Positions 11,536-25,200 of a stretch of DNA of 64,000 nt are shown piece by piece. Numbering within the stretch: the stretch's first letter is position 1; each line of letters begins with the position of its first letter. Origin of the DNA: Eledone cirrhosa (Eukaryota). Below the pieces are notes generated by a model that saw nothing but the letters and a program-made list of their open reading frames with translations, searched no databases and was not told the DNA's origin. A program made the translations under genes and the position numbers. The stretch is from contig OZ024744.1 in assembly GCA_964016885.1 (NCBI GenBank), forward strand, positions 130,076,001 through 130,140,000. The letters are read 5' to 3'.

Positions 11536-14500
11536 TTAATTTAAGTTGGGTCTAATTAAGTTGGGGTTAAGTTAAGTTGGTGGTAAGTTAAGTTGGGGGA
11601 TAGTTAAGATGGGGTTAAGTTAAGTTGGGGTTAATTTAATTTGGGGTTAAGTTAAGTTAGGGGTAAGTTAAGTTGGGGTTAAGTTAAGTTGGGGTTAAGT
11701 TAAGTCGGGGTTAATTTAAGTTGCGGTTGAGTTAAGTTGGGGTTAAGTTAAGTTGGGGTTAAGTTAAGTTGGGATTAAGTTAAGTTGGGGTTAAGTTAAG
11801 TTGGGGTTGAGTTAAGTTGGGGTTAAGTTAGATTGTTGTTAAGTTATTTTGGGGTTAAGTTAAGTTGGGGTTAAGTTAAGTTGGGGTTAATTTAAGTTGT
11901 GGTTAAGTTAAGTGGGGGTTAAGTTGAGTTGGGGTTAAGTTAAGTTGGGGTTAAGTTAAGTTGGGGTTAAGATAAGTTGGGGTTAAGTTAAGTTGGGGTT
12001 GAGTTAAGTTCGGGTTGAGTTAATTTGGGGTTAACTTAAGTTGGGGTTAAGTTAAGTTGGGATTAAGTTAAGTTGGGGTTAAATTAAGTTCGGGTTAAGT
12101 TAAGTTGGGGTTAAGTTAACTTGGGGTTAAGTTAAGTTGGGGTTAAGTTAAGTTGGGGTTAAGTTAGGTTGGGGTTAAGTTATGTTGGGGGTAAGTTAAG
12201 TTGGGGGTAAGTTAAGTTGGGGGTAAGTTAAGTTGGGTCTAATTAAGTTGGGGTTAAGTTAAGTTGGGGTTAAGTTAAGTTGGGGTTAAGTTAAGTTGGG
12301 GTTAAGTTAAGTTGGGGTTAGGTTAAGTTGGGGCTAAGTTAAGTTGGGGTTAAGTTAAGTTGGGGTTACGTTAAGTTGGGGGTAAGTTAAGTTGGTGGTA
12401 AGTTAAGTTGGGGGTAAGTTAAGATGGGGTTAAGTTAAGTTGGGGTTAATTTAATTTGGGGTGAAGTTAAGTTGGGGTTAAGTTAAGTTTGGGTTAAGTT
12501 AAGTTGGAGTTAAGTTAAGTTGGGGGTAAGTTAAGTTGGGGTTAAGTTAAGTTGGGGTTAAGATAAGTTGGGGTTAAGTTAAGTTGGGGTTGAGCTAAGT
12601 TGGGGTTGAGTTAATTTGGGGTTAAGTTAAGTTGGGGTTAAGTTAAGTTGGGTTTAAGTTAAGTTGGGGTTAAGTTAAGTTGGGGTTAAATTAAGTTGGG
12701 GTTAAGCTAAGTTGGGGTTAAGTTAAATTGAGGTTAAGTTAAGTTGGGGTTAATTTAAGTTGGGGTTAAGCTAAGTTGGGGTTAAGTTAAATTGAGGTTA
12801 AGTTAAGTTGGGGTTAAGTTAAGTTGGGGTTAATTTAAGTTGGGGCTAAGTAAAGTTGGGGCTAAGTTAAGTGGGGGTTAAGTTAAGTTAGGGTTGAGTT
12901 AAGTTGGGGTTAAGTTAACTTTGGGTTAAGTTAAGTTGGGTTTGAGTTAAGTTGGGGTTAATTAAGTTGGGGTTAAGTTAAGTTGGGGTTAAGTTAAGTT
13001 GCGGTTAAGTTAAGTTGAGGTTAAGTTAAGTTTGGGTTAAGTTAAGTTTGGGTTAAGTTAAGTTGGGGTTAAGTTAAGTTGGTTAGTTAAGTTGAGTTTA
13101 AGTTAAGTTGGGGTTAATTTAAGTTGGGGTTAAGTTAAGTTGGGGTTAAGTTAAGTTGGGGTTAAGTTAAGTTGGGGTTAAGTTAAGTTGCGGTTAAGTT
13201 AAGTTGAGGTTAAGTTAAGTTGGGTTTAAGTTAAGTTGGGGTTAAGTTAAGTTGGGGCTAAGTTAAGTTGGGGCTAAGTTAAGTTGGGGCTAAGTTAAGT
13301 TGGGGTTAAGTTAACTTTGGGTTAAGTTAATTTGGGTTTGAGTTAAGTTGGGGTTAATTAAGTTGGGGTTAAGTTAAGTTGGGGTTAAGTTAAGTTGGGG
13401 TTAAGTTAAGTTGGGGTTAAGTTAAGTTGCGGTTAAGTTAAGTTGATGTTAAGTTAAGTTGATGTTAAGTTAAGTTGGGGTTAAGTTAAGTCGGGGTTAA
13501 GTTAAGGTGGGGTTAAGTTAAGTTGGGGTCAACTAAAGTTGGGGTTAAGTTAAGTTGGGGTTAACTTAAGTTGGGGTTAAGTTAAGTTGGGGTTAAGTTG
13601 GGGTTAAATTAAGTTGGGGTTAAGTTAAGTTGGGGTTAAGTTAAATGGGGTTAAGTTAAGTTGCGGGTAATTTAAGTTGGGGTTAAGTTAAGTTGGGGTT
13701 AAGTTAAGTTGGGGGTAAGTTAAGTTGGGGGTAAGTTAAGTTGGGGGTAAGTTAAGTTGGGGTTAAGTTAAGTTGGGGTTAAGTTAAGTTGGGGTTAAGT
13801 TAAGTTAGGGTTAAGTTAAGTTGGGGTTGAGTTAAGTTGGGGTTAAGTTAAGTTGGGGTTATGTTAAGTTGGGGTTAAGTTAAGTTGGGGTTAAGTTAAG
13901 TTGGGGTTAAGTTAAGTTGCGGTTAAGTTAGATTGTTGTTAAGTTAAGTTGAGGTTAAGTTAAGTTGGGGTTAATTTAAGTTGGGGTTAATTTAAGTTGG
14001 GTCTAATTAAGTTGGGGTTAAGTTAAGTTGGTGGTAAGTTAAGTTGGGGGATATTTAAGATGGGGTTAAGTTAAGTTGGGGTTAATTTAATTTGGGGTTA
14101 AGTTAAGTTAGGGGTAAGTTAAGTTGGGGTTAAGTTAAGTTGGGGTTAAGTTAAGTCGGGGTTAATTTAAGTTGCGGTTAAGTTAAGTTGGGGTTAAGTT
14201 AAGTTGGGGTTAAGTTAAGTTGGGATTAAGTTAAGTTGGGGTTAAGTTAAGTTGGGGTTGAGTTAAGTTGGGGTTAAGTTAGATTGTTGTTAAGTTATTT
14301 TGGGGTTAAGTTAAGTTGGGGTTAAGTTAAGTTGGGGTTAATTTAAGTTGTGGTTAAGTTAAGTGGGGGTTAAGTTGAAATGGGGTTAAGTTAAGTTGGG
14401 GTTAAGTTAAGTTGGGGTTAAGTTAAGTTGGGGTTAAGGTAAGTTGGGGTTAAGTTAAGTTGGGGTTGAGTTAAGTTCGGGTTGAGTTAATTTGGGGTTA

Positions 14501-15400
14501 ACTTAAGTTGGGGTTAAGTTAAGTTGGGATTAAGTTAAGTTGGGGTTAAGTTAAGTTGGGGTTAAATTAAGTTCGGGTTAAATTAAGTTGGGGTTAAGTT
14601 AACTTGGGGTTAAGTTAAGTTGGGGTTAAGTTAAGTTGGGGTTAAGTTAGGTTGGGGTTAAGTTATGTTGGGGGTAAGTTAAGTTGGGGGTAAGTTAAGT
14701 TGGGGGTAAGTTAAGTTGGGTCTAATTAAGTTGGGGTTAAGTTAAGTTGGGGTTAAGTTAAGTTGGGGTTAAGTTAAGTTGGGGTTAAGTTAAGTTGGGG
14801 TTAGGTTAAGTTGGGGCTAAGTTAAGTTGGGGTTAAGTTAAGTTGGGGTTAAGTTAAGTTGGGGTTAAGTTAAGTTGGAGTTAAGTTAAGTTGGGGGTAA
14901 GTTAAGTTGGGGTTAAGTTAAGTTGGGGTTAAGATAAGTTGGGGTTAAGTTAAGTTGGGGATGAGCTAAGTTGGGGTTGAGTTAATTTGGGGTTAAGTTA
15001 AGTTGGGGTTAAGTTAAGTTGGGTTTAAGTTAAGTTGGGGTTAAGTTAAGTTGGGGTTAAATTAAGTTGGGGTTAAGCTAAGTTGGGGTTAAGTTAAATT
15101 GAGGTTAAGTTAAGTTGGGGTTAATTTAAGTTGGGGTTAAGCTAAGTTGGGGTTAAGTTAAATTGAGGTTAAGTTAAGTTGGGGTTAAGTTAAGTTGGGG
15201 TTAATTTAAGTTGGGGCTAAGTAAAGTTGGGGCTAAGTTAAGTGGGGGTTAAGTTAAGTTAGGGTTGAGTTAAGTTGGGGTTAAGTTAACTTTGGGTTAA
15301 GTTAAGTTGGGTTTGAGTTAAGTTGGGGTTAATTAAGTTGGGGTTAAGTTAAGTTGGGGTTAAGTTAAGTTGCGGTTAAGTTAAGTTGAGGTTAAGTTAA
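10480..15400 (+). repeat. Local tandem duplication, ~2.45-kb offset
   Basis: TTAGATTGTTG markers at 11481/13932 and 11831/14282 both give +2451. The double GTTGATG and GTTGGTTAG markers recur in the same order. Ends are approximate. Confidence 0.75.
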
Positions 15401-18400
15401 GTTGGGGTTAAGTGAAGTTGGGGTTAAGTTAAGTTGGGGCTAAGTTAAGTTGGGGGTAAGTTAAGTTGGGGCTTAGTTAAGTTGGGGTTAAGTTAAGTTG
15501 GGGTTAAGTTAAGGTGGGGTTTAGTTAAGTTGGGGTCAACTAAAGTTGGGGTTAAGTTAAGTTGGGGTTCACTTAAGTTGGGGTTAAGTTAAGTTGGGGT
15601 TAAGTTAAGTTGGGGTTTATTTAAGTTGGGGTTCAGTTAATTTGGGGTTAAGTTAAGTTTGGGTTTAGTTGGGGTTAAATTAAGTTGGGGTTAAGTTAAG
15701 TTGGGGTTAAGTTACGTTGGGGTTAATTTAAGTTGGGGTTAAGTTAAGTTGCGGGTAATTTAAGTTGGGGTTAAGTTAAGTTGGGGTTAAGTTAAGTTGG
15801 GGTTAAGTTAAGTTGGGGGTAAGTTAAGTTGAGGTTAAGTTAAGTTGGGGTTAAGTTAAGTTGGGGTTAAGTTAAGTTGGGGCTAAGTTAAGTTGGGGCT
15901 AAGTTAAGTTGGGGCTAAGTTAAGTTGGGGTTAAGTTAACTTTGGGTTAAGTTAATTTGGGTTTGAGTTAAGTTGGGGTTAATTAAGTTGGGGTTAAGTT
16001 AAGTTGGGGTTAAGTTAAGTTGGGGTTAAGTTAAGTTGGGGTTAAATTAAGTTGCGGTTAAGTTAAGTTGATGTTAAGTTAAGTTGATGTTAAGTTAAGT
16101 TGGGGTTAAGTTAAGTCGGGGTTAAGTTAAGGTGGGGTTAAGTTAAGTTGGGGTCAACTAAAGTTGGGGTTAAGTTAAGTTGGGGTTAACTTAAGTTGGG
16201 GTTAAGTTAAGTTGGGGTTAAGTTGGGGTTAAATTAAGTTGGGGTTAAGTTAAGTTGGGGTTAAGTTAAATGGGGTTAAGTTAAGTTTCGGGTAATTTAA
16301 GTTGGGGTTAAGTTAAGTTGGGGTTAAGTTAAGTTGGGGGTAAGTTAAGTTGGGGGTAAGTTAAGTTGGGGGTAAGTTAAGTTGGGGTTAAGTTAAGTTG
16401 GGGTTAAGTTAAGTTGGGGTTAAGTTAAGTTAGGGTTAAGTTAAGTTGGGGTTGAGTTAAGTTGGGGTTAATTTAAGTTGGGGTTAATTTAAGTTGGGTC
16501 TAATTAAGTTGGGGTTAAGTTAAGTTGGGGTTAAGTTAAGTTGGGGTTAAGTTAAGTTGGGGTTAAATTAAGTTGGGGTTAAGTTAAGTTGGGGTTAAGT
16601 TAAGTTGGGGTTAAGTTAAGTTGGGTTTACGTTAAGTTGGGGGTAAGTTAAGTTGGTGGTAAGTTAAGTTGGGGGATAGTTAAGATGGGGTTAAGTTAAG
16701 TTGGGGTTAATTTAATTTGGGGTTAAGTTAAGTTAGGGTTAAGTTAAGTTGGGGTTGAGTTAAGTCGGGGTTCAGTTAAGTTGGGGTTATGTTAAGTTGG
16801 GGTTAAGTTAAGTTGGGGTTAAGTTAAGTTGGGGTTCAATTAAGTTGCGGGTAATTTAAGTTGGGGTTAAGTTAAGTTGGGGGTACGTTAAGTTGGGGGT
16901 AAGTTAAGTTGGGGTTAAGTTAAGTTGGGGTTAAGTTAAGTCGGGGTTAATTTAAGTTGCGGTTAAGTTAAGTTGGGGTTAAGTTAAGTTGGGGTTAAGT
17001 TAAGTTGGGATTAAGTTAAGTTGGGGTTAAGTTAAGTTGGGGTTGAGTTAAGTTGGGGTTAAGTTAGATTGTTGTTAAGTTATTTTGGGGTTAAGTTAAG
17101 TTGGGGTTAAGTTAAGTTGGGGTTAATTTAAGTTGGGGTTAAGTTAAGTGGGGGTTAAGTTGAGTTGGGGTTAAGTTAAGTTGGGGTTAAGTTAAGTTGG
17201 GGTTAAGTTAAGTTGGGGTTAAGATAAGTTGGGGTTAAGTTAAGTTGGGGTTGAGTTAAGTTCGGGTTGAGTTAATTTGGTGTTAACTTAAGTTGGGGTT
17301 AAGTTAAGTTGGGATTAAGTTAATTGGGGTTAAGTTAAGTTGGGGTTAAATTAAGTTCGGGTTAAGTTAAGTTCGGGTTAAGTTAACTTGGGGTTAAGTT
17401 AAGTTGGGGTTAAGTTAAGTTGGAGTTAAGTTAGGTTGGGGTTAAGTTATGTTGGGGGTAAGTTAAGTTGGGGGTAAGTTAAGTTGGGGGTAAGTTAAGT
17501 TGGGTCTAATTAAGTTGGGGTTAAGTTAAGTTGGGGTTAAGTTAAGTTGGGGTTAAGTTAAGTTGGGGTTAGGTTAAGTTGGGGCTAAGTTAAGTTGGGG
17601 TTAAGTTAAGTTGGGGTTACGTTAAGTTGGGGGTAAGTTAAGTTGGTGGTAAGTTAAGTTGGGGGTAAGTTAAGATGGGGTTAAATTAAGTTGGGGTTAA
17701 TTTAATTTGGGGTTAAGTTAAGTTGGGGTTAAGTTAAGTTGGGGTTAAGTTAAGTTGGAGTTAAGTTAAGTTGGGGGTAAGTTAAGTTGGGGTTAAGTTA
17801 AGTTGGGGTTAAGATAAGTTGGGGTTAAGTTAAGTTGGGGTTGAGCTAAGTTGGGGTTGAGTTAATTTGGGGTTAAGTTAAGTTGGGGTTAAGTTAAGTT
17901 GGGTTTAAGTTAAGTTGGGGTTAAGTTAAGATGGGGTTAAATTAAGTTGGGGTTAAGCTAAGTTGGGGTTAAGTTAAATTGAGGTTAAGTTAAGTTGGGG
18001 TTAATTTAAGTTGGGGTTAAGCTAAGTTGGGGTTAAGTTAAATTGAGGTTAAGTTAAGTTGGGGTTAAGTTAAGTTGGGGTTAATTTAAGTTGGGGCTAA
18101 GTAAAGTTGGGGCTAAGTTAAGTGGGGGTTAAGTTAAGTTAGGGTTGAGTTAAGTTGGGGTTAAGTTAACTTTGGGTTAAGTTAAGTTGGGTTTGAGTTA
18201 AGTTGGGGTTAATTAAGTTGGGGTTAAGTTAAGTTGGGGTTAAGTTAAGTTGCGGTTAAGTTAAGTTGAGGTTAAGTTAAGTTGGGGTTAAGTGAAGTTG
18301 GGGTTAAGTTAAGTTGGGGCTAAGTTAAGTTGGGGTTAAGTTAAGTTGGGGTTAAGTTAAGGTGGGGTTTAGTTAAGTTGGGGTCAACTAAAGTTGGGGT

Positions 18401-19237
18401 TAAGTTAAGTTGGGGTTCACTTAAGTTGGGGTTAAGTTAAGTTGGGGTTAAGTTAGATTGTTGTTAAGTTAAGTTGGGGTTAAGTTAAGTTGGGGTTAAT
18501 TTAAGTTGGGGTTAATTTAAGTTGGGTCTAATTAAGTTGGGGTTAAGTTAAGTTGGGGTTAAGTTAAGTTGGGGTTATTTAAGTTGGGGTTAAGTTAAGT
18601 TGGGGTTAAGTTAAGTTGGGTTTACGTTAAGTTGGGGGTAAGTTAAGTTGGTGGTAAGTTAAGTTGGGGGATAGTTAAGATGGGGTTAAGTTAAGTTGGG
18701 GTTAAGTGAAGTTGGGGTTCAATTAAGTTGCGGGTAATTTAAGTTGGGGTTAAGTTAAGTTGGGGGTACGTTAAGTTGGGGGTAAGTTAAGTTGGGGTTA
18801 AGTTAAGTTGGGGTTAAGTTAAGTCGGGGTTAATTTAAGTTGGGGTTAAGTTAAGTTGGGGTTAAGTTAAGTTGGGGTTAAGTTAAGTTGGGATTAAGTT
18901 AAGTTGGGGTTAAGTTAAGTTGGGGTTGAGTTAAGTTGGGGTTAAGTTAGATTGTTGTTAAGTTATTTTGGGGTTAAGTTAAGTTGGGGTTAAGTTAAGT
19001 TGGGGTTAATTTAAGTTGGGGTTAAGTTAAGTGGGGGTTAAGTTGAGTTGGGGTTAAGTTAAGTTGGGGTTAAGTTAAGTTGGGGTTAAGTTAAGTTGGG
19101 GTTAAGATAAATTGGGGTTAAGTTAAGTTGGGGTTGAGTTAAGTTCGGGTTGAGTTAATTTGGGGTTAACTTAAGTTGGGGTTAACTTAAGTTGGGGGTA
19201 AGTTAAGTTGGGGGTAAGTTAAGTTGGGTCTAATTAA

Positions 19238-22200
19238 GTTGGGGTTAAGTTAAGTTGGGGTTAAGTTAAGTTGGGGTTAAGTTACGTTGGGGTTAAGTTA
19301 AGTTGGGGTTAGGTTAAGTTGGGGCTAAGTTAAGTTGGGGTTAAGTTAAGTTGGGGTTACGTTAAGTTGGGGGTAAGTTAAGTTGGTGGTAAGTTAAGTT
19401 GGGGGTAAGTTAAGATGGGGTTAAGTTAAGTTGGGGTTAATTTAATTTGGGGTTAAGTTAAGTTGGGGTTAAGTTAAGTTGGTGTTAAGTTGGAGTTAAG
19501 TTAAGTTGGGGGTAAGTTAAGTTGGGGTTAAGTTAAGTTGGGGTTAAGATAAGTTGGGGTTAAGTTAAGTTGGGGTTGAGCTAAGTTGGGGTTGAGTTAA
19601 TTTGGGGTTAAGTTAAGTTGGGGTTAAGTTAAGTTGGGTTTAAGTTAAGTTGGGGTTAAGTTAAGTTGGGGTTAAATTAAGTTGGGGTTAAGCTAAGTTG
19701 GGGTTAAGTTAAATTGAGGTTAAGTTAAGTTGGGGTTAATTTAAGTTGGGGTTAAGCTAAGTTGGGGTTAAGTTAAATTGAGGTTAAGTTAAGTTGGGGT
19801 TAAGTTAAGTTGGGGTTAATTTAAGTTGGGGCTAAGTAAAGTTGGGGCTAAGTTAAGTGGGGGTTAATTTAAGTTAGGGTTGAGTTAAGTTGGGGTTAAG
19901 TTAACTTTGGGTTAAGTTAAGTTGGGTTTGAGTTAAGTTGGGGTTAATTAAGTTGGGGTTAAGTTAAGTTGGGGTTAAGTTAAGTTGGGGTTAAGTTAAG
20001 TTGGGGTTAAGTTAAGTTGCGGTTAAGTTAAGTTGAGGTTAAGTTAAGTTGGGGTTAAGTGAAGTTGCGGTTAAGTTAAGTTGGGGCTAAGTTAAGTTGG
20101 GGCTTAGTTAAGTTGGGGTTAAGTTAAGTTGGGGTTAAGTTAAGGTGGGGTTTAGTTAAGTTGGGGTCAACTAAAGTTGGGGTTAAGTTAAGTCGGGGTT
20201 CACTTAAGTTGGGGTTAAGTTAAGTTGGGGTTAAGTTAAGTTGGGGTTTATTTAAGTTGGGGTTCAGTTAATTTGGGGTTAAGTTAAGTTTGGGTTTAGT
20301 TGGGGTTAAATTAAGTTGGGGTTAAGTTAAGTTGGGGTTAAGTTACGTTGGGGTTAATTTAAGTTGGGGTTAAGTTAAGTTGCGGGTAATTTAAGTTGGG
20401 GTTAAGTTAAGTTGGGGTTAAGTTAAGTTGGGGTTAAGTTAAGTTGGGGGTAAGTTAAGTTGGGGGTAAGTTAAGTTAGGGGTAAGTTAAGTTGGGGTTA
20501 AGTTAAGTTGGGGTTAAGTTAAGTTGGGGTTAAGTTAAGTTAGGGTTAAGTTAAGTTGGGGTTGAGTTAAGTTGGGGTTAAGTTAAGTTGGGGTTATGTT
20601 AAGTTGGGGTTAAGTTAAATTGGGGTTAATTTAACTTTGTGGTTAAGTTAAGTTGGGGTTAATTTAAGTTGGGGTTAAGTTAAGTTGGAGTTAAGTTAAG
20701 TTGGGGTTAAGTTAAGTTGGGGTTAATTTAAGTTGCGGTTAAGTTAAGTTGAGGTTAAGTTAAGTTGGGGTTAAGTTAAGTTGGGGTTAAGTTAAGTTGG
20801 GGCTAAGTTAAGTTGGGGCTAAGTTAAGTTGGGGCTTAGTTAAGTTGGGGTTAAGTTAAGTTGGGGTTAAGTTAAGGTGTGGTTTAGTTAAGTTGGGGTC
20901 AACTAAAGTTGGGGTTAAGTTAAGTTGGGGTTTATTTAAGTTGGGGTTCAGTTAATTTGGGGTTAAGTTAAGTTTGGGTTAAGTTGGGGTTAAATTAAGT
21001 TGGGGTTAAGTTAAGTTGGGGTTAAGTTAAGTTGGGGTTAAGTTAAGTTGGGGTTAAGTTAAGTTGGGGTTAAGTTAAGTTGGGGGTAAGTTAAGTTGGG
21101 GGTAAGTTAAGTTGGTGTTAAGTTAAGTTGGGGTTAAGTTAAGTTGGGGTTAAGTTAAGTTGGGTTTAAGTTAAGTTGGGGCTGAGTTAAGTTAGGGCTA
21201 AGTTAAGTTGGAGTTAAGTAAAGTTAGGGCTAAGTTAAGTTGGGGTTAAGTTAAGTTGGGGTTAATTTAAGTTGGGGTTACATTAAGATGAGGTTAAGTT
21301 AAGTTGGTGTTAAGTTAAGTTGGGGTTAATTTAAGTTAAGTTGGGGTTAAGTTAAGTTGGGGTTAAGTTAAGTTGGGGTTAATTTCAGTTGGGGTTGAGT
21401 TAAGTTGGGGTTAAGTTTAGTTGGGGTTAAGTTAAGTTGGGGTTGAGTTAAGTTGGGGTTAAGTTAAGTTGGGGCTAAGTTAAGTTCGGGTTAAGTTAAG
21501 TTGGTGTTAAGTTAAGTTGGGGTTAAGTTAAGTTGGGGCTAAGTTAAGTTGGGTCTAAGTTAAGTTGGGGTTAAGTTAAGTTGGGGTTAAGTTAAGTTAG
21601 GGTTAATTTAAGTTGGGGTTATGTTAAGTTGGGGTTAAGTTAAGTTGGGGTTAAGTTAGGTTGGTGTTAAGTTAAGTTGGGGGTAAGTTAAGTTGGGGGT
21701 AAGTTAAGTTGGTGTTAAGTTAAGTTGGGGTCAAGTTAAGTTGGGGTTAAGTTAAGTTGGGTTTAAGTTAAGTTGGGGCTAAGTTAAGTTAGGGCTAAGT
21801 TAAGTTGGGGCTGAGTTAAGTTGGGGTTAAATTAAGTTGGGGTTAAGTTAAGTTGGGGGTAAGATAAGTTGGGGTTAGTTAAGTTGCGGTTAAGTTAAGT
21901 TGGGGTTAAGTTAAGTTGGGGTTAAGTTGATTTGGGGTAAAGTTAAGTTGGGGTTAAGTTAAGTTGGGGTTAATTTAAGTTGGGGTTAAGTTAAGTTGGG
22001 GTTAATTTAAGTTGGGGTTAATTTAAGTTGGGGTTAAGTTAAGTTGGGGTTAAGTTAAGTTGGGGTTAAGTTAAGTTGGGGGTAAGTTAAGTTGGGGTTA
22101 AGTTAAGTTGGGGTTAAGTTGGGGTTAAGTTAAGTGGGGGTTAATTTAAGTTAGGGTTGAGTTAAGTTGGGGTTAAGTTAACTTTGGGTTAAGTTAAGTT

Positions 22201-25200
22201 GGGTTTGAGTTAAGTTGGGGTTAATTAAGTTGGGGTTAAGTTAAGTTGGGGTTAAGTTAAGTTGGGGTTAAGTTAAGTTGGGGTTAAGTTAAGTTGCGGT
22301 TAAGTTAAGTTGAGGTTAAGTTAAGTTGGGGTTAAGTGAAGTTGCGGTTAAGTTAAGTTGGGGCTAAGTTAAGTTGGGGCTTAGTTAAGTTGGGGTTAAG
22401 TTAAGTTGGGGTTAAGTTAAGGTGGGGTTTAGTTAAGTTGGGGTCAACTAAAGTTGGGGTTAAGTTAAGTTGGGGTTCACTTAAGTTGGGGTTAAGTTAA
22501 GTTGGGGTTAAGTTAAGTTGGGGTTTATTTAAGTTGGGGTTCAGTTAATTTGGGGTTAAGTTAAGTTTGGGTTTAGTTGGGGTTAAATTAAGTTGGGGTT
22601 AAGTTAAGTTGGGGTTAAGTTACGTTGGGGTTAATTTAAGTTGGGGTTAAGTTAAGTTGCGGGTAATTTAAGTTGGGGTTAAGTTAAGTTGGGGTTAAGT
22701 TAAGTTGGGGTTAAGTTAAGTTGGGGGTAAGTTAAGTTGGGGGTAAGTTAAGTTGGGGGTAAGTTAAGTTGGGGTTAAGTTAAGTTGGGGTTAAGTTAAG
22801 TTGGGGTTAAGTTAAGTTAGGGTTAAGTTAAGTTGGGGTTGAGTTAAGTTGGGGTTAAGTTAAGTTGGGGTTATGTTAAGTTGGGGTTAAGTTAAATTGG
22901 GGTTAATTTAACTTTGTGGTTAAGTTAAGTTGGGGTTAATTTAAGTTGGGGTTAAGTTAAGTTGGAGTTAAGTTAAGTTGGGGTTAAGTTAAGTTGGGGT
23001 TAATTTAAGTTGCGGTTAAGTTAAGTTGAGGTTAAGTTAAGTTGGGGTTAAGTTAAGTTGGGGTTAAGTTAAGTTGGGGCTAAGTTAAGTTGGGGCTAAG
23101 TTAAGTTGGGGCTTAGTTAAGTTGGGGTTAAGTTAAGTTGGGGTTAAGTTAAGGTGTGGTTTAGTTAAGTTGGGGTCAACTAAAGTTGGGGTTAAGTTAA
23201 GTTGGGGTTTATTTAAGTTGGGGTTCAGTTAATTTGGGGTTAAGTTAAGTTTGGGTTAAGTTGGGGTTAAATTAAGTTGGGGTTAAGTTAAGTTGGGGTT
23301 AAGTTAAGTTGGGGTTAAGTTAAGTTGGGGTTAAGTTAAGTTGGGGTTAAGTTAAGTTGGGGGTAAGTTAAGTTGGGGGTAAGTTAAGTTGGTGTTAAGT
23401 TAAGTTGGGTTTAAGTTAAGTTGGGGCTGAGTTAAGTTAGGGCTAAGTTAAGTTGGAGTTAAGTAAAGTTAGGGCTAAGTTAAGTTGGGGTTAAGTTAAG
23501 TTGGGGTTAATTTAAGTTGGGGTTACATTAAGATGAGGTTAAGTTAAGTTGGTGTTAAGTTAAGTTGGGGTTAATTTAAGTTAAGTTGGGGTTAAGTTAA
23601 GTTGGGGTTAAGTTAAGTTGGGGTTAATTTCAGTTGGGGTTGAGTTAAGTTGGGGTTAAGTTTAGTTGGGGTTAAGTTAAGTTGGGGTTGAGTTAAGTTG
23701 GGGTTAAGTTAAGTTGGGGCTAAGTTAAGTTCGGGTTAAGTTAAGTTGGTGTTAAGTTAAGTTGGGGTTAAGTTAAGTTGGGGCTAAGTTAAGTTGGGTC
23801 TAAGTTAAGTTGGGGTTAAGTTAAGTTGGGGTTAAGTTAAGTTAGGGTTAATTTAAGTTGGGGTTATGTTAAGTTGGGGTTAAATTAAGTTGGGGTTAAG
23901 TTAGGTTGGTGTTAAGTTAAGTTGGGGGTAAGTTAAGTTGGGGGTAAGTTAAGTTGGTGTTAAGTTAAGTTGGGGTCAAGTTAAGTTGGGGTTAAGTTAA
24001 GTTGGGTTTAAGTTAAGTTGGGGCTAAGTTAAGTTAGGGCTAAGTTAAGTTGGGGCTGAGTTAAGTTGGGGTTAAATTAAGTTGGGGTTAAGTTAAGTTG
24101 GGGGTAAGATAAGTTGGGGTTAGTTAAGTTGCGGTTAAGTTAAGTTGGGGTTAAGTTAAGTTGGGGTTAAGTTGATTTGGGGTAAAGTTAAGTTGGGGTT
24201 AAGTTAAGTTGGGGTTAATTTAAGTTGGGGTTAAGTTAAGTTGGGGTTAATTTAAGTTGGGGTTAATTTAAGTTGGGGTTAAGTTAAGTTGGGGTTAAGT
24301 TAAGTTGGGGTTAAGTTAAGTTGGGGGTAAGTTAAGTTGGGGTTAAGTTAAGTTGGGGTTAAGTTGGGGTTAAGTTAAGTTAGGGTTAACTTAAGTTGGG
24401 GTTAAGTTAAGTGGTGGTTATGTTAAGTGGTGGTTATGTTAACTTGGGGTTAAGTTAAGTTGGGGTTAAGTTAAATTGGGGTTAAGTTAAGTTGCGGTTA
24501 AGTTAAGTTGGGGTTAAGTTAAGTTGGGGTTAAGTTAATTAGGGTTAAGTTAAGTTGGGGTTAAGTTAAGTTGGGGTTAAGTTAAGTTGCGGTTAAGTTA
24601 AGTTGGCGTTAAGTTAAGTTGGGGTGAAGTTAAGTTGGGATTAAGTTAAGTTGGGGTTAAGTTAAGTTGGGGTTAAGTTAAGTTGGGGTTAAGTTAGATT
24701 GTTGTTAAGTTAAGTTGGGGTTAAGTTAAGTTGGGGTTAATTTAAGTTGGGGTTAAGTTAAGTCGGGGTTAAGTTGAGTTGGAGTTAGGTTAAGTTGGGG
24801 TTAAGTTAAGTTGGGGTTAAGTTAAGTTGGGGTTAAGATAAGTTGGGGTTAAGTTAAGTTGGGGTTGAGTTAATTTGGGGTTAACATAAGTTGGGGTTAA
24901 CTTAAGTCGGGATTAAGTTAAGTGGGGGTTAAGTTAAGTTGGGGTTAAATTAAGTTCGGGTTAAGTTAAGTTGGGGTTAAGTTAAGTTGGGGTTAAGTTA
25001 GGTTGGGGTTAAGTTAAGTTGGGGGTAAGTTAAGTTGGGGGTAAGTTCAGTTGGGGTTAAGTTAAGTTGGGGTTGAGTTAAGTTGGGGCTAAGTTAAGTT
25101 AGGGTTATGTTAAGTTGGGGTTAATTTAAGTTGGGGTTAAGTTAAGTTGGGGTTCAATTAAGTTGCGGTTAATTTAAGTTGGGGTTAAGTTAAGTTGGGG

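Larger units (their letters stand above)
1..15830 (+). repeat. Large duplicated block A, copy 1 (may begin before the window)
   Basis: Ordered markers match 19238-33730: TTACG C 48/19285 (+19237), TTACATTAAGAT C 2029/21281 (+19252), GGGACTA A 6607/26047 (+19440), GGGCATA C 8757/28213 (+19456), GGGGGATATTT A 14051/31838 (+17787). Confidence 0.9.
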
